From an uncultured Clostridia bacterium (GTDB lineage: Bacteria; Bacillota; Clostridia; Christensenellales; UBA1242), in NCBI GenBank assembly GCA_947588355.1, contig CANPYI010000006.1, forward strand, positions 1,910 through 65,909: a DNA stretch of 64,000 nucleotides, given 5' to 3'. The notes under the pieces were generated by a model. It did no database searches, was not told the origin of the DNA, and saw nothing but the letters and a program-made list of their open reading frames with translations. A program made the translations under genes and the position numbers. Below are positions 31,601 to 33,450 of the stretch, piece by piece (positions within the stretch are counted from its first letter, which is position 1; each line of letters starts with the position of its first letter).

Positions 31601-32313
31601 GTTATGTCGTTGTCTGATCCACTTTCCGAAACTGTGAATGGTGCAAACACACTTTCACTGCTTTTATCTGTCTGTGCAAGGTTTGTTCCGTCAGTTGTGT
31701 ACTCACCGCCGTTGTTGAGTGTGACAACACGCATATAGGAAGTGCCATACATGGACCCTGGATAGTCGTCTTCCCAGTAATATCCATCTTGTTCAAAAGC
31801 GGCAAAAGAACTGAAAAGATATCCATCAGCAAAGCCATAATAATCGCCCTCGTCTGCTTGTCTTTCCAAAAAAGGCTCTTGCGCGTCTGCCGAAAGCCAA
31901 AGTGTGAGGATTCTGTCCCCATTTTTGTTTTCGGAAAGATATGTTGGCACCCATTTAAGTCCGCCAAAAGTTACGGTGTGGATATTCTGCGACAACTCTT
32001 TTGATGTGCGCACCGTTCTGTCTTGCATGAAAAGAGTTGTTGGATCAACGCCAGGATTGTCATACAACCCATGCAAAAGATCGCAGAAATTGATCCATTC
32101 AAATGCTTTTTTTTGATCGTCCCATATATCGTAAATATCTTTTGCCTCTGTGGCAGATGTTTGCTTGTCGGAATCATCTTCAACATATTCTGCCGAAGTC
32201 AAAATGCTCGGCAAAAAACTCAGGCCCATGCCAAAAGTAGCCATAAACACGCACAAAACTGACAACAACGAAAACGCCAACTTTTTTTTGAATTTGTTCA
32301 CATTCTCCTCCAA
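4684..32313 (-). CDS. giant (9,209 aa) secreted, C-terminally membrane-anchored repeat adhesin-like protein with Listeria-Bacteroides / InlB B-repeats
   Basis: One uninterrupted ORF in the supplied track. It has an N-terminal basic plus hydrophobic signal segment (KFKKKLAFSLLSVLCVFMATFGMGLSFLPSILTSA/EY). By my count there are about 50 copies of the repeat ending ...GY.F.GW...(L/I)YA.W. It ends in a C-terminal TM helix with a basic tail and has its own promoter and terminator. The true start is probably GTG 32301 (GGAGG 5 nt upstream) rather than TTG 32313. Confidence 0.9.
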   Translation of the reverse strand: MEENVNKFKKKLAFSLLSVLCVFMATFGMGLSFLPSILTSAEYVEDDSDKQTSATEAKDIYDIWDDQKKAFEWINFCDLLHGLYDNPGVDPTTLFMQDRTVRTSKELSQNIHTVTFGGLKWVPTYLSENKNGDRILTLWLSADAQEPFLERQADEGDYYGFADGYLFSSFAAFEQDGYYWEDDYPGSMYGTSYMRVVTLNNGGEYTTDGTNLAQTDKSSESVFAPFTVSESGSDNDITDFLEKPLNMQWQQNGETIEGLYLSNDNWETSVSDEDGFSSNTGYDAWKDDYLWIPSFAELGYSDSEGMWQCDNSDILIRRATPTQKIGKKSTKQSSYETFYTRSSLNGASLDPGAVELAVDIVAYTRPALHLNLDLAAASALGNHEEHAKVINTNYFFKDSDYYYFSDCRFTEGVSFSIGLRGPNEVTFENCIFESEIDLTNLLQHVYFENCLFLKGISDKTPKNSFQGRYVYGPNVESYITADPTPFEENDGRVANVSTEKLTDYMSDVGFFTEFYSWLSDDGFRDLRYVDDNGQLIYFSGQWDFADTWAFDLNERQNGEVKNDGLQVTPILQSETDKFSGKLRMYYHVPGKSEHENSYLLVWNDNEILPSHRLTNSGEWFSRYGYTYNFSSDANDTIGSPTINISQDGSIYAVWQPVEITVTYEVGDDATPQGRTFSKKFETKYTEPELSTDGFSKDNYKLEGWYADKGLTQKLTPGMIFDETTCTPGGSSTATIYANWIPEIYEITLNGEGATVLGTEKFYEKYGVGFYSSETATEEEVITAVSTPSKDGFIFAGYYTDPNGAGRIIVNASGTIVAPPTAITQATELHANWIAAPFDVTYDANGGQFKDGTLKRVDTVTVGDFYGKKNLFDVANFVSTHENVTIEENKITLNGTVDEYNTFETGKISTNLLFCPNTKYTFVLDVDSFESSADVRFGFYIGDEQNCNIMVNGAGTYTGFVTTSAGAPSSDISVFVYATDEGQTCQMTFSVSLFIGDMTKTIEENGFTYYSFNEKPIANRLPIPQDREGYTFEGWNTDQDGRGDEITAGTEVTETATTLFAKWTANPQTLIVEPNGGEYSGQTPVSGNTGTSVTLETPTRAGYDFVSWLVIGPGSVSETEDQTYSYTFGAGSSDTENKVVAQWNPHVYEIDLDNSLADLDAGPDMLYLQYGDNYSDTDIAKWFLNKGDNGDLTNSVEEISIPKRTGYGFGGYSLSVDGKDVIVIDSKGNILTNVDETEQKIADLFIGKNGQEYTLKAIWNAGVFKVTLNSGEGVEDQNKGTTELWVRYEETSGWYTNQDAQEDSRTNQIITPKKDGYEFAGYYTDEHNSKQVIDREGRIKTDITFSEETTLYASWIPAEYTITLNGGDGTVTLTYTEGTATKTVESKSVEIVVVYDSTTKYYVYDKQQKLRGEVKSISAQKSGAVVTGFWTEPNGGVKVIDENGVYADNADGYTQNNVWHYVVGTEGLTLYARFDQVSYTLHYESNGGDTVVDATKDYGDPFSDQELPKITRDGYDFVGWYSQNENGNGTGTLLKEGDTFDSDHADVDHENSSATIYAGWKPKVLNITLQSTPMTGMETTKTIYLLYGVGFYSQLDNTGLAVDESSYIDKIDSIIANGFTFHGFFTETDGDGTMIIDDEFAFSKNIAGEIDVLTFTFTEATIYAHWTANIYTVQAEFLGGEYVPSEEDGWTQNADGTVTKEVTYNSSFGTLPGANKDGYSVEGWYNNESYDKKINGLTLLDSTATFVDFEDGSVVKIFVKWKEKSYRLTYDSDGGTEVAGTTKVYATAFSDQELPTASMVKNGYTFEGWYKDKQFTGEKLEIGTPFDKDHVVFTSFDDNAEVKIYARWTENTYTVHAQLNGGTWDEESANGWAVNDEGTEATKELTYGQAYGQMPQPTYDGYNFGGWYGREDFSGNPIDNGTLFTLETADFVGDKFVGEDVNVKIYAKWNSKVFKIDLDAGEDIVVDESDLTSMYLLYAKGFYRVSESEDTVVEDSKLSKLNAAQLPQKVGYSFMGYFTKDGENFDTQVVNADGTFTENAFTFTLQATTIYAKWEANLVKVALNLNKGSGSTDPSFGEKIVPESDGTAFVYVKYGTKEIYAKRSGDDFPYTADEQDLISALLASREGYTFEGWNTFENLPIVGRNGQLSVDWLVSQNGLTGGAVDYSENNGIMLYAAWKAKVYEIHLDLNGGDSFSEGLTKNTDDNTANVYVQFDNNQLYSNDSAAEDTQINPTASRLGHSFEGWAVKVGDQYTAITYSSGALKNETVSVYLTSGKWTYAYQESETYVTFYAQWTPNTYTIQINTGMPDAKFESAVEEEGWTISTTPTIATRQIDFGATYDVPAVNDDGRSDNTKIISIDGQGYKFLGWCLDSQKILSAKATEQEIAAIKFVKPKDKLLSLLSTAQPEDDTYPAQIFYAVWQYISYTIKFVDTDEQTSLSIPDLDYDISSTSVLPGATKDGYSFVGWKPVASVGQWDKDIELPYYQENFSLSGMWGSVTLAAQWQANIYEVTLNLDMTSQKFAEGSYNDSNITGGKIYIKYGESVFYSSRTGSGFPYNYDKDSLQITDLKAKAFGMYSADPRLEAYTFCGWYLTDPETKLIDENGILASNIDDYTTDGKWTHAGNVSLTARWKENTFNLTLNAGDGESIHPGTTSVSVTFNSTNEDLDITNPTRDGYQFAGWSVTKGENGGVESGKIIDVDANLVNHENYIVGGRWARAEHLTLYAIWKASEYLVTLNSDGGSGAVESVWLRYEEGWYANTNGAAGSKIDLAGTVTKTGYTFQGFYSKDGKTSEDWGLQIVDENGKFLTSTDVLTFTTKNTEIYAKWQANRYEVQLDLNYDNAESMSSVWIEFGTNKFYDAEHAGGLVEKVLPTNRNGYDFGGWYNAANVGADSVQFILSGGTLVSDAKVGEQDYVKNGVWSIASGIKLFAKWTPTPYTIIYLFNGGTLKNPNTPSTQSYTITNSDFELYGYDEVFMEGYTFRWQITQSDNNDMWTINTYKNPSEKVLSGTYGNVTLTAIWTEIQTEIDFTFVLDQGGHGYTGHHATYDKELAKIGTLEGYSPDQTKPDEVGDVVAWKTGYTFEGFYTQQTGGLKIFEADGSAVNNVVTERVGEKTVVWLDKKDDKIVWKYIDTTYDPSVQGSKSEVTLYAHWTANKYTLNYTIGDGIQYINISGTGVEGEDGNKYDKTGKVLVTYGSKVTVQSVAKVGWTANKWQAGLGKENISPVDSTAQEIGKLSAELYQFTFDNKLFGEVEVMSQSNEYYVFADATPQPQAYQIRFRLQNSESKFGVNAYGDAIVLHDDPEDKKYVGLADSKLELSTLQEFVSQYVSTQEGLSLDGYEYHALRYSKTGREMPDGFDDEAELTIAGDGSLVVELFYSYVTYTLEYKFVENEEGAWVNGVKDTQDYTIGTVIYFRTNEDVRRAGYVLVGWKPNFSGLIGNWLDNKEFVLSEEPHVTGKYGEKDNNVTLVAMWQEDTFELTYTVNQGQWQEDTPAPRSYTYGQSVNLDNKTDYVIERTGYDFVGWTEEITFDMWYNGKIAQDGSFVVDENNKSIYTQAFTLRGGVNYSVNATDWKIYVEGNLEKKWFTATDTLKIDGEGVFVAYLIFENGITERDNIKITADMHISELPANSIGNRNFVANWSPKKIQVKLNLNDSEKGNGSTKAKLEPSDLSFDSEGNYLVYIQFDSKDMFTKQDGTQKLSTLKASRNGYVFDGWFDSLNNRLTDDNGQLNGVWNDINITEMVAHWIANTYTITLNGAGGNFVASDEGVYVTEDGNGNNFTIKGLVLTATFDKEGAFSTSLTRPGFILTGWTLEEDSSLEDQKLDGWTTTRQEGAIWNISGTKVKNLAYSGNVNLYAEWSSDYVEITLSTQVIGSSEVQYGNGVEVIYVRTGATFSTAVSNVDAQDDSKGIIGLLKPFKEGYSFEGWYLRDNSNQQTHSDQESQKIEGTTELLESYLKDAPINAQGRAQITLCVHWQVDSFKVVYHIGYNGSTKTYTDPIEVEYDGQYAILTEQAIFDANAKNSAIGWSKDDVLGFEFKGWHTQDGTEYKESYKINSYTEAKDLHLYATREEHTYTVRYDPDDDNYQGTAKKLNGNQVEDGTNIVIKQYKYTDIVDIDAKHKRDGYVFDHWVTLDGKTLVSKDATADQILNTKLVTEKDGTITLKAVWTAVKVNFEIHHMGQTIQAALEERTEFDPDSMSNFALLSMETRTDFTDKKLTEILGENLTDAYQEKTGFTKLKFVTNKGDDLTQLVVQADGSLKIYLLYTRNYRDIKVTLEKGVASVSATAKDTTQNSDRTLTPSIEGQITTFKKVFFEEEVTITATLKTGYENAIFKNGDNVVSMPITVTGEKEPLNLTVSATAGKIAYSVKVYLMKPDGQYDSGDANNDTILLLAENLKKEKLEATVDEPLEIIPSEIFERLGFEYDAGKSENKVSVDQLVPDTVFEIYFKRVASTLTIVVGEGGEYGSEKVVEGKYTYTEKVLYGFEVPLETATKDGYTFVKWTLTQGTGTISQDNKTFTMGEQDATLTAQWIEKVYKIQLEVEDGETITDNLTAVYVKYADNTLYKNYEDTSGNGTAYTLSDEVVPTATKYGYDFGGWYYSDKQLIDENGLVEYENVFKDNKWIYTASDSITVKAKFTAKSITVTFDKNIDTKYPKDDVKDMPDPASITVTFGETYGTNTEEVDAWTTSPKRSGYTFAGWFTDKNPQDDAQAITGQSTVDIESAHTLYAKWNKKDAYDIEYDLNNGYETKPIQVDNDPRQVEAHPENDVTINFSIKEETNFFMPASLNVSIILDKEFENAEVTLVSGKGFTYNITGDGTSATLVIEKEYINGKIKIKAEPTPGENRIITVLNHLTYYGPDNILSGTDFEGTLVPEVGYELPPKITILINGEESENYQYDSTSGEITIESQYVTNNITIIADGVAKKVKVTFHANGGTLSETDGGGETKTFEKVEFATAIEGFPQDPTKEGYNFAGWWLVENPPSVDAQLEATRFYADTTLQGGECAKDFTLYALWQSRNATVVLQNNSLQDYEGEITATLETEEQSFTTNVLKTGAKILITVTPRSDKFALLKVVKTTNKEGDSTEVELSKEGEKYVYTVLPSDTNFENAIIYITAIYQVTGTMHVYTDTGTVNSESNNGGTAKFVDAQETETTYTFTYTGDEQTVGVQATEKPGYRFAGWYDSADFDNQIGSTNSFDFPVGTNGNFDVYAKFEAIEYTITYKPNEGQFDQSLSSGLIDGNYVQRYKVSDESIEILSDKLTKRGYTLTGYKLSFAEEEAQNWTEQFEDNIVDIKAEVKSGKYGNIVLEANWQADKHTVKLDENTNGGTGDVTIGGGLTQITVTFDLTFGLATADGVENAWETIQKTERTGYHFLGWALTKDATKEQLLDAQSKVDIVDNDSSIYAIWEALTTTKYKVEYWLETLDSTEDARKFALDNEFNVPDEITEIHTSDKMEGTTDETATIQEFAYYGFEQFEIEEKVGEYLPTAKSGNIDANGTLVLRLYYIRKTYTIQVSTPELGVNSVTIGEEKFECDSETHSWTFKYFENLTLDVGLRDNYSLASIYDVSQDDNWSEWKDGGTSVEFVLKQDLNLQIRVDAQPVKYTVEFKYQAIAESQDDYQPNLEEAPSVTNQEGKADSVVTYAMLENLILKNQLDGFEYDGNFTSYTLDAEKEQHIITINYNRKKYTLTLDKNNNAQVQKLTASANYSWLISEKSEESTGTTWVYEVVYGATVTVVAEIENGYDLKEFVARPPVKFSDVENNTKAKTFEWNVADDLTIYATTKALPSEFVVEYYVEKLGATDITKFDDQNYESAVDRALVNGGVVENTTATGPTGDSPVLPSTLKLDIKGFTYSTEIASGNIVWTNKDDPESLKNRTVLKVYYIRKSATINISMTEGIETVSVQITGDEGSEIGSENFASSKGNSASFELKYEAKAEFSYTLTKLEEEDVYEFTGWRVGQSTQMEYSFTANSFNEDNLLVGLSITATAQGKQFNVIFHSTNDGGEGDQTDSQTVRYNVQTSLKDNSFTKDGYEFKGWSAVAGKSDITYQNGALYTHKVATNVNLYAIWGAYSYKVIYDYNNATLKGEVEDAPKDLTAKVPFDVDYDTPHELVNGGDYLYLAGYHFDGWDVVIGGITIKTLAASEPSFINLTKERGQLVTLKAKWTENTYTIYYNSNYNYQGVEEADPVPEEFSYTQTVKIKTATDVGFKMTGYHFIGWGVKDAEGKVGEPIYLSTQENLSGLAGKDKNNDRIDLWAVWTANKYTITYDPNDEQYVGDAEGQMSTQEVYYDEEGTILSKCGFTLTGYTFAGWTTVEGGKTADYTPLEDGTFDPQDKLNLAGKEKDNDTLTLYAVWTANKYTITFKAQGGKFDDSLKGSKESGKYIDDNGDYVVTYTIEDSEKVTIPDGKLLTRTGYTLAHYIFSAKDGNWSEEYTAETLALDTKIQQYMYGNVVLEAHWTAITITLTITYVMSDTHSELAPIAFSTGVVFDGTFSRQSPEVAGYTPDKATVTVTMSLGEGEGFLTAEEIESKSKSITVTYSPNRYKITLDLNDTTGSSKAELTLNKVLYTSEKEIVIYIDYNTDFASAYLGTEEETVFTKGETVGLVDPTRTGYGFVGWFISGNDDKEIEESTVFDNKTFNISSNITLVAHWNAIDSKFNVKITFENLLGTEFEEDLTLAKQGTGKTDTKVTWDMIYKALESGSALPEFDGFVAPDSFETDNGGNIVANVDKAITTVTLKYTRAYISLVLSKDAADEDISFAADSAEVDSTHDKTFYVRTAKDGGTGVYLVRFGAHVTVTAQSSNAGYVINEFGVDKELKEWSTSTVQDGVTRTATFVMEKQAEESADLGSTVKITISKQAHAYKIIYHAGFGEKEQTREQTTHEKRELNKEELIRYRETVNLLDGTIFTRTGYTFAGWTLKENPNGVISNDGNSYTFVLNTYAKEIDIYATWEAIGYTINLSASDGIDTSKVKITVYDSEGSQIDTPAFASSITVHHDDKLTISVENAIKGGYDFVGFVVGEETHENNTYEVPAVSGPMSIRLTAKPRSDTKFTVEYHIQSLLDEDKYNIVQDLTQVIEGTTDRLITLEYLRQLEEASLQLAEEKHLDIIKQIKGFSQIGLEDNTKRVLYGQDENGNAIPVTTVVIRYNRLQFELDLDDSDPGVQEFLAESKESSREISSAGGHYSVWFETEFTLKLSINAGGYDYEDFGFTITLIEPDTSATSRRVELKDVDRQKIDGGYEFTLNGLKLFEITLDSKDESGNYTYTFKTMPAYGVIITPTTSPKTFDVTYHLNSGMAEQTYLDPTKATYNAPYTILTLSEISDKSGQAWSKPGYEFDGWAISAEKAAAREIDFLPEQKTIDKYLYTSDLELFAVWEAKDAKYRVEYYFENAEGTEDDDNFTKDAKLTVEYDSKVDQQILEKDFVHASVEGFEFDTNNKNNKLSGKVLDNVKDDDGNITPDSILVLKAYYKRVSHTLTVTYDVGINKVQVVESYGVKEITENQDLRTVTATVKYGVKVTIYWSDEDIVKGYENPVITGAKLLEDNRSFTMSNEDMHVYVETSLSTYKITYKPGENKLGVKASGENFEQQVVYTKTVQLMSKPDTFLLAGYHFTGWILKEEGSVEEGKFYKVDGDWTFTLDVPNNFEATAQWEADTDTRYYADFYLSTIDGGYIGGVEKPTGTVVLTGTTDTEILSSEVEAAFVRLNFADLETDSAGYKFSKVTDVDGTELSDQNKVTIKGEGTTRVKVYYVLEMFDISFTWTGYAENETGIESVTVSYQVSGAEENRTNTYRDDSSTLQNVEYTSTITISMTFKTGYRFRKVVVTGTDLYQELTSATNLPSGAYQVTYTMPAKNINIQIVSYPDQYDIIYHRNLNEDDKETTKQTVLKGQPYILEGSFSVVGYKFLGWSENEKPQDGERLYQIGDAPEDFYSKSDDWELWGRWEANIYYYTYSANGASLVVGKEAPRGDSVRYDEGFELINWSEFYVWTGHVFLGWSTDGQQVNIAGQCDSLEDLKGKPGGIYQKAGEENTYFAINLATGESGDTSVILYAMWREITYTVTICSNNVQDENYKEQKIRNEDGTFNFKYNDIVKLPAFNTLEGWIAPEEYLRFYGWTYTDDEKQRQYLLCAEDATPELSRLTENDNTEVRLYVYWSDGKETVLVHIMKETFITGEYLETSDNYEEFSIRYEIGQTLTSEIVYNNFIVGKKYDGKTYDNIEGFTYNAAKQESIDIVVGKTQTIKVYYSRLSYTVTIERAKLNSGTVNEIETVREAYITGYAVTRPGASDDVYLVKYGDTVTFKITASAGFKEDTARFEVKSQREMSYKTDETLKITQNIDLIAIADPCDDTVFKIMVYKQTLNRDYTDDPYEIEAKGTTGDTITEEMLLAAISSEVEAGKLSLDGFGLSVFNYLVGEGIISGDVTSVVEVFYTRSQFMVSVKPKIDAPLEEVFGQFDEGRNYMFEQQVVLNFNLLLGYEDLTNANFTITDSKHTFTNEEFTVSKAEQPGVGGSRNFTLTFKMPASEVTVVVTPVAQEVVYTLHYYYQRVDYFLYDGDLRYEHPQESSSIVEKKGKTGTVITRELLGFDELTSPKEGFSVASTSVDNAQPVRIAGNGTTVVRIYFDRILKKFTLKFDFAQNIDGLEENSVIALVQGRVSNPISTNVWTVAYGQTIGVAFSIKQGFTFNEFSKDGQKLEENKYTITERLISLLAFVLTEDTEIVAKITANNDTGYVVTFYLETETKGEFAEDTASKLEKEGTTSTFISKEDIQAFYEGKTYKGYEYANYEVWDSTGNITKFPQINGDESTEVRIMFERIIINVSVEVLDEHRYQVENISGEGDYRYDLAVLIVVRMRAGYTLRGWKTDLSADLQNATQDQEDPLVYYIQLRSDSEQDMIIYISTDFGTAEYSVQFLVEVIDEDQSSVIDVGIGELFGQTESQINTEQLAQKFFEIDSFTLGNNLYLTEGYELNNISGDRQIKGDGSSVVYIAYRLKYIKFSVTYGEGITSVTVEGYPDNNGIRALSIQPGVLTYEAKYTKTISLSVVLQDGFALSSWILEQDGVRQEYTASPIGFREIQTRAQTFQLRAVAIPSEGRIVFNPNNGFGEVISTSVTYGDARTLPANPFTYKGHVFLGWATEPTGDVAFFDGDVINIDFHGTLVLYAIWRRTETNLWWLWLLIILIVIILVILLSIYLVRRNRKRKIKYMSKQ
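4729..4803 (-). other. C-terminal transmembrane anchor of the giant protein, followed by basic tail RRNRKRKIKYMSKQ (4687..4728)
   Basis: Translation NLWWLWLLIILIVIILVILLSIYLV, checked against the DNA at 4741-4803. No LPXTG-like motif precedes it. Confidence 0.85.
4830..19800 (-). repeat. protein-level module array, C-terminal half of the giant protein: ~100-aa 'KYxVxYY...GF...LxVYYxR' (MucBP-like) modules alternating with Ig-like/divergent B-repeat modules and interspersed canonical B-repeats
   Basis: The first such module (VNFEIHHMGQ...) maps to about 19770-19797. Module starts recur, for example TKYKVEYWLE, VKYTVEFKYQ, FVVEYYVEKL, KFTVEYHIQS, AKYRVEYYFE and VVYTLHYYYQ, each ending in ...YY/YF.R..Y. 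Confidence 0.6.
19800..30516 (-). repeat. protein-level array of Listeria-Bacteroides (Flg_new / InlB B-type) repeats, N-terminal half of the giant protein
   Basis: Runs from about aa 600 to 4170. At least two subtypes of 70-110 aa occur. One is the ...Y(D/E)xNGG...LPxPxRxGYxFxGW...LYAxW type. The other is a longer ...(L/V)Y(V/L)xYGxGFY...GYxFxGY(Y/F)T...(I/V)ID..G... type. Units are separated by the (I/V)Y(E/T)(I/V) linker. Confidence 0.7.
29323..29712 (-). other. ~130-aa beta-sandwich-like (possible carbohydrate-binding-module-like) insertion nested inside one B-repeat
   Basis: aa ~868-997 (KNLFDVANFV...TKYTFVLDVDSFESSADVRFGFYIGDEQ...GTYTGFVTT...VFVYATDEGQTCQMTFSVSLFIGDM) interrupts a repeat. 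That repeat starts FDVTYDANGGQF and resumes ...LPIPQDREGYTFEGW...LFAKW. Coordinates were verified for N869 at 29707-29709. Confidence 0.4.
31190..32016 (-). other. N-terminal non-repeat head domain of the giant protein (DUF6273-like by pattern)
   Basis: aa ~100-375: HTVTFGGLKWVPTYLSENKNGDRILTLWLS ... YLWIPSFAELG ... FYTRSS. This resembles the 'W.vL...d...LlL ... lWlpS..E ... RS' pattern of that family. Assigned from memory only. Confidence 0.35.
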
Positions 32314-32341
32314 TTTTGCAGAGCCTGTTTGTCATGATGTT

Positions 32342-32370
32342 ATTTTAATATATTAAACAAAAAAAGTCAA
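32342..32370 (-). promoter_or_regulatory. promoter of the giant gene, TTGACT-N17-TAAAAT
   Basis: On the minus strand the -35 TTGACT is at 32370..32365, followed by an exact 17-nt spacer and the -10 TAAAAT at 32347..32342. It lies about 40 nt upstream of GTG 32301. Confidence 0.6.
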
Positions 32371-32557
32371 AAATATTTTGACAATTTCAAACAGAATTTT
32401 ATTTTTTTGAAAGACAATTTTTTGCCGCTAAAAAAAACAACAAAAAATATTTGACAAAATTGTGTGAAAACACAGTTGGCAAAAAAATAAAAAATATTCA
32501 AAAAACCCGCAAAAATGCCCGTTTTTTGCACTTTTTTAATAAAAAATCATGTGAGTT

Positions 32558-32597
32558 TTGTTACAGGCATATGTTTGGTGTTGTTACAGGCATATGT
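32558..32597. repeat. 17-bp perfect direct repeat (TTGTTACAGGCATATGT x2, period 23 bp) spanning the ZIP gene stop codon
   Basis: The copies at 32558-32574 and 32581-32597 are identical by direct reading. The second copy contains the last 11 coding nt plus the TAA stop of the ZIP gene. Confidence 0.9.
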
Positions 32598-33450
32598 CCA
32601 AAATCATCATCACCACAAAGCCGATTACAAACGACCAAACTCCCCAAGATGATTTGTCGTCACTTTGGATTTCCGGTATCATTTCCTCCACAATCACGTA
32701 AATCATCGCGCCGGCGGCAAAGGAAAGTAGCCACGGCAAAAGTGAAGTGATGTATGCTGCCAGAAAAAAGCCAAAAAGCGCAAATATCGGCTCCACGACA
32801 CCGCTAAGCGTCGCCAAAACAAACGATTTTGTCTTTTTGCCGAGGGAAGTGTAAAGCGGAAGTGCAGTGGCAAGGCCTTCCGGAAAGTTTTGCAAGGCTA
32901 TGCCAAGTGCAAACATGAGTGCCGCCAACACGGGTGTGCCTAGTGCAGACGCCGTGCCAATTGCAAAGCCCACTGACAGCCCCTCCGGAATGTTATGTAT
33001 GGTGATGGCAGTAAACATCTTGAATGCTTTTCGTTTTTGAACTTGCATTTTTGGAAAATCGCAAAAAACACCGTTTTTTTCGCTTTTTTTGTAGTTTTTT
33101 TGCAAATTTTCATCAGTTTTTGGCTCTTTTTCCACTTTTTTGAAAAGTCTGTCAGAGACAAAATCCAAAAGCAGCATCAAAAGGCCGCCCAAAATAAAGC
33201 CAAGCACAACCGGCAAAAATGCCATGTTGCCCCATGACTGAGCAGCATTTTCAAGTGCCGGAACAAGCAGTGACCACATTGACGCCGAAAGCATTATGCC
33301 AGCAGCAAGGCCAATTGTCAACATGTTTACAATTTTTGACGTTTTTTTGAAGAAAAAGACAAGTGCAGCACCCAGCGTTGTCATCAAACATGGCAAAGTG
33401 AATCCCAAAATAGTCAAAGCAGTGTCGTTCATATCCTCTGTGCGTGCCAA
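32584..33450 (-). CDS. ZIP-family (ZupT-like) divalent metal transporter
   Basis: Paired motifs HNIPEGLSVGFAIG and QNFPEGLATALPL, about 8 hydrophobic helices, and a K/E-rich central loop. The track start is TTG 33450. ATG 33432 (MNDTALTILGF...) aligns better with ZupT N-termini, but neither start has a well-spaced SD. Confidence 0.85.
   Translation of the reverse strand: MARTEDMNDTALTILGFTLPCLMTTLGAALVFFFKKTSKIVNMLTIGLAAGIMLSASMWSLLVPALENAAQSWGNMAFLPVVLGFILGGLLMLLLDFVSDRLFKKVEKEPKTDENLQKNYKKSEKNGVFCDFPKMQVQKRKAFKMFTAITIHNIPEGLSVGFAIGTASALGTPVLAALMFALGIALQNFPEGLATALPLYTSLGKKTKSFVLATLSGVVEPIFALFGFFLAAYITSLLPWLLSFAAGAMIYVIVEEMIPEIQSDDKSSWGVWSFVIGFVVMMILDICL

Noticed and set aside
32282-32289. 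An A8 tract (codons AAA AAA AAG) near the 5' end of the giant gene as a slipped-strand phase-variation switch. Similar A6-A7 runs occur at the starts of other surface genes.
   Set aside because: Lys-rich signal-peptide n-regions in an AT-rich genome produce such runs routinely. The tract lengths are short, and there is no population data. It is not supportable from one sequence.
4684-32313. Whether the strong periodicity could be a CRISPR array, satellite or tandem DNA repeat.
   Set aside because: The periodicity is at the protein level (70-110-aa units of variable length). The DNA copies are diverged, except for the local pair near 13.2-13.6 kb. There are no short identical direct repeats with unique spacers, and the whole region is one open reading frame.
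32314-32583. The plus-strand ORF 32451-32750 (99 aa) and plus-strand TTGACA-like boxes in the ZIP / giant-gene intergenic region.
   Set aside because: The ORF runs antisense into the ZIP gene and is basic, low-complexity sequence with no SD. The region is better explained as the minus-strand promoter and leader of the giant gene.
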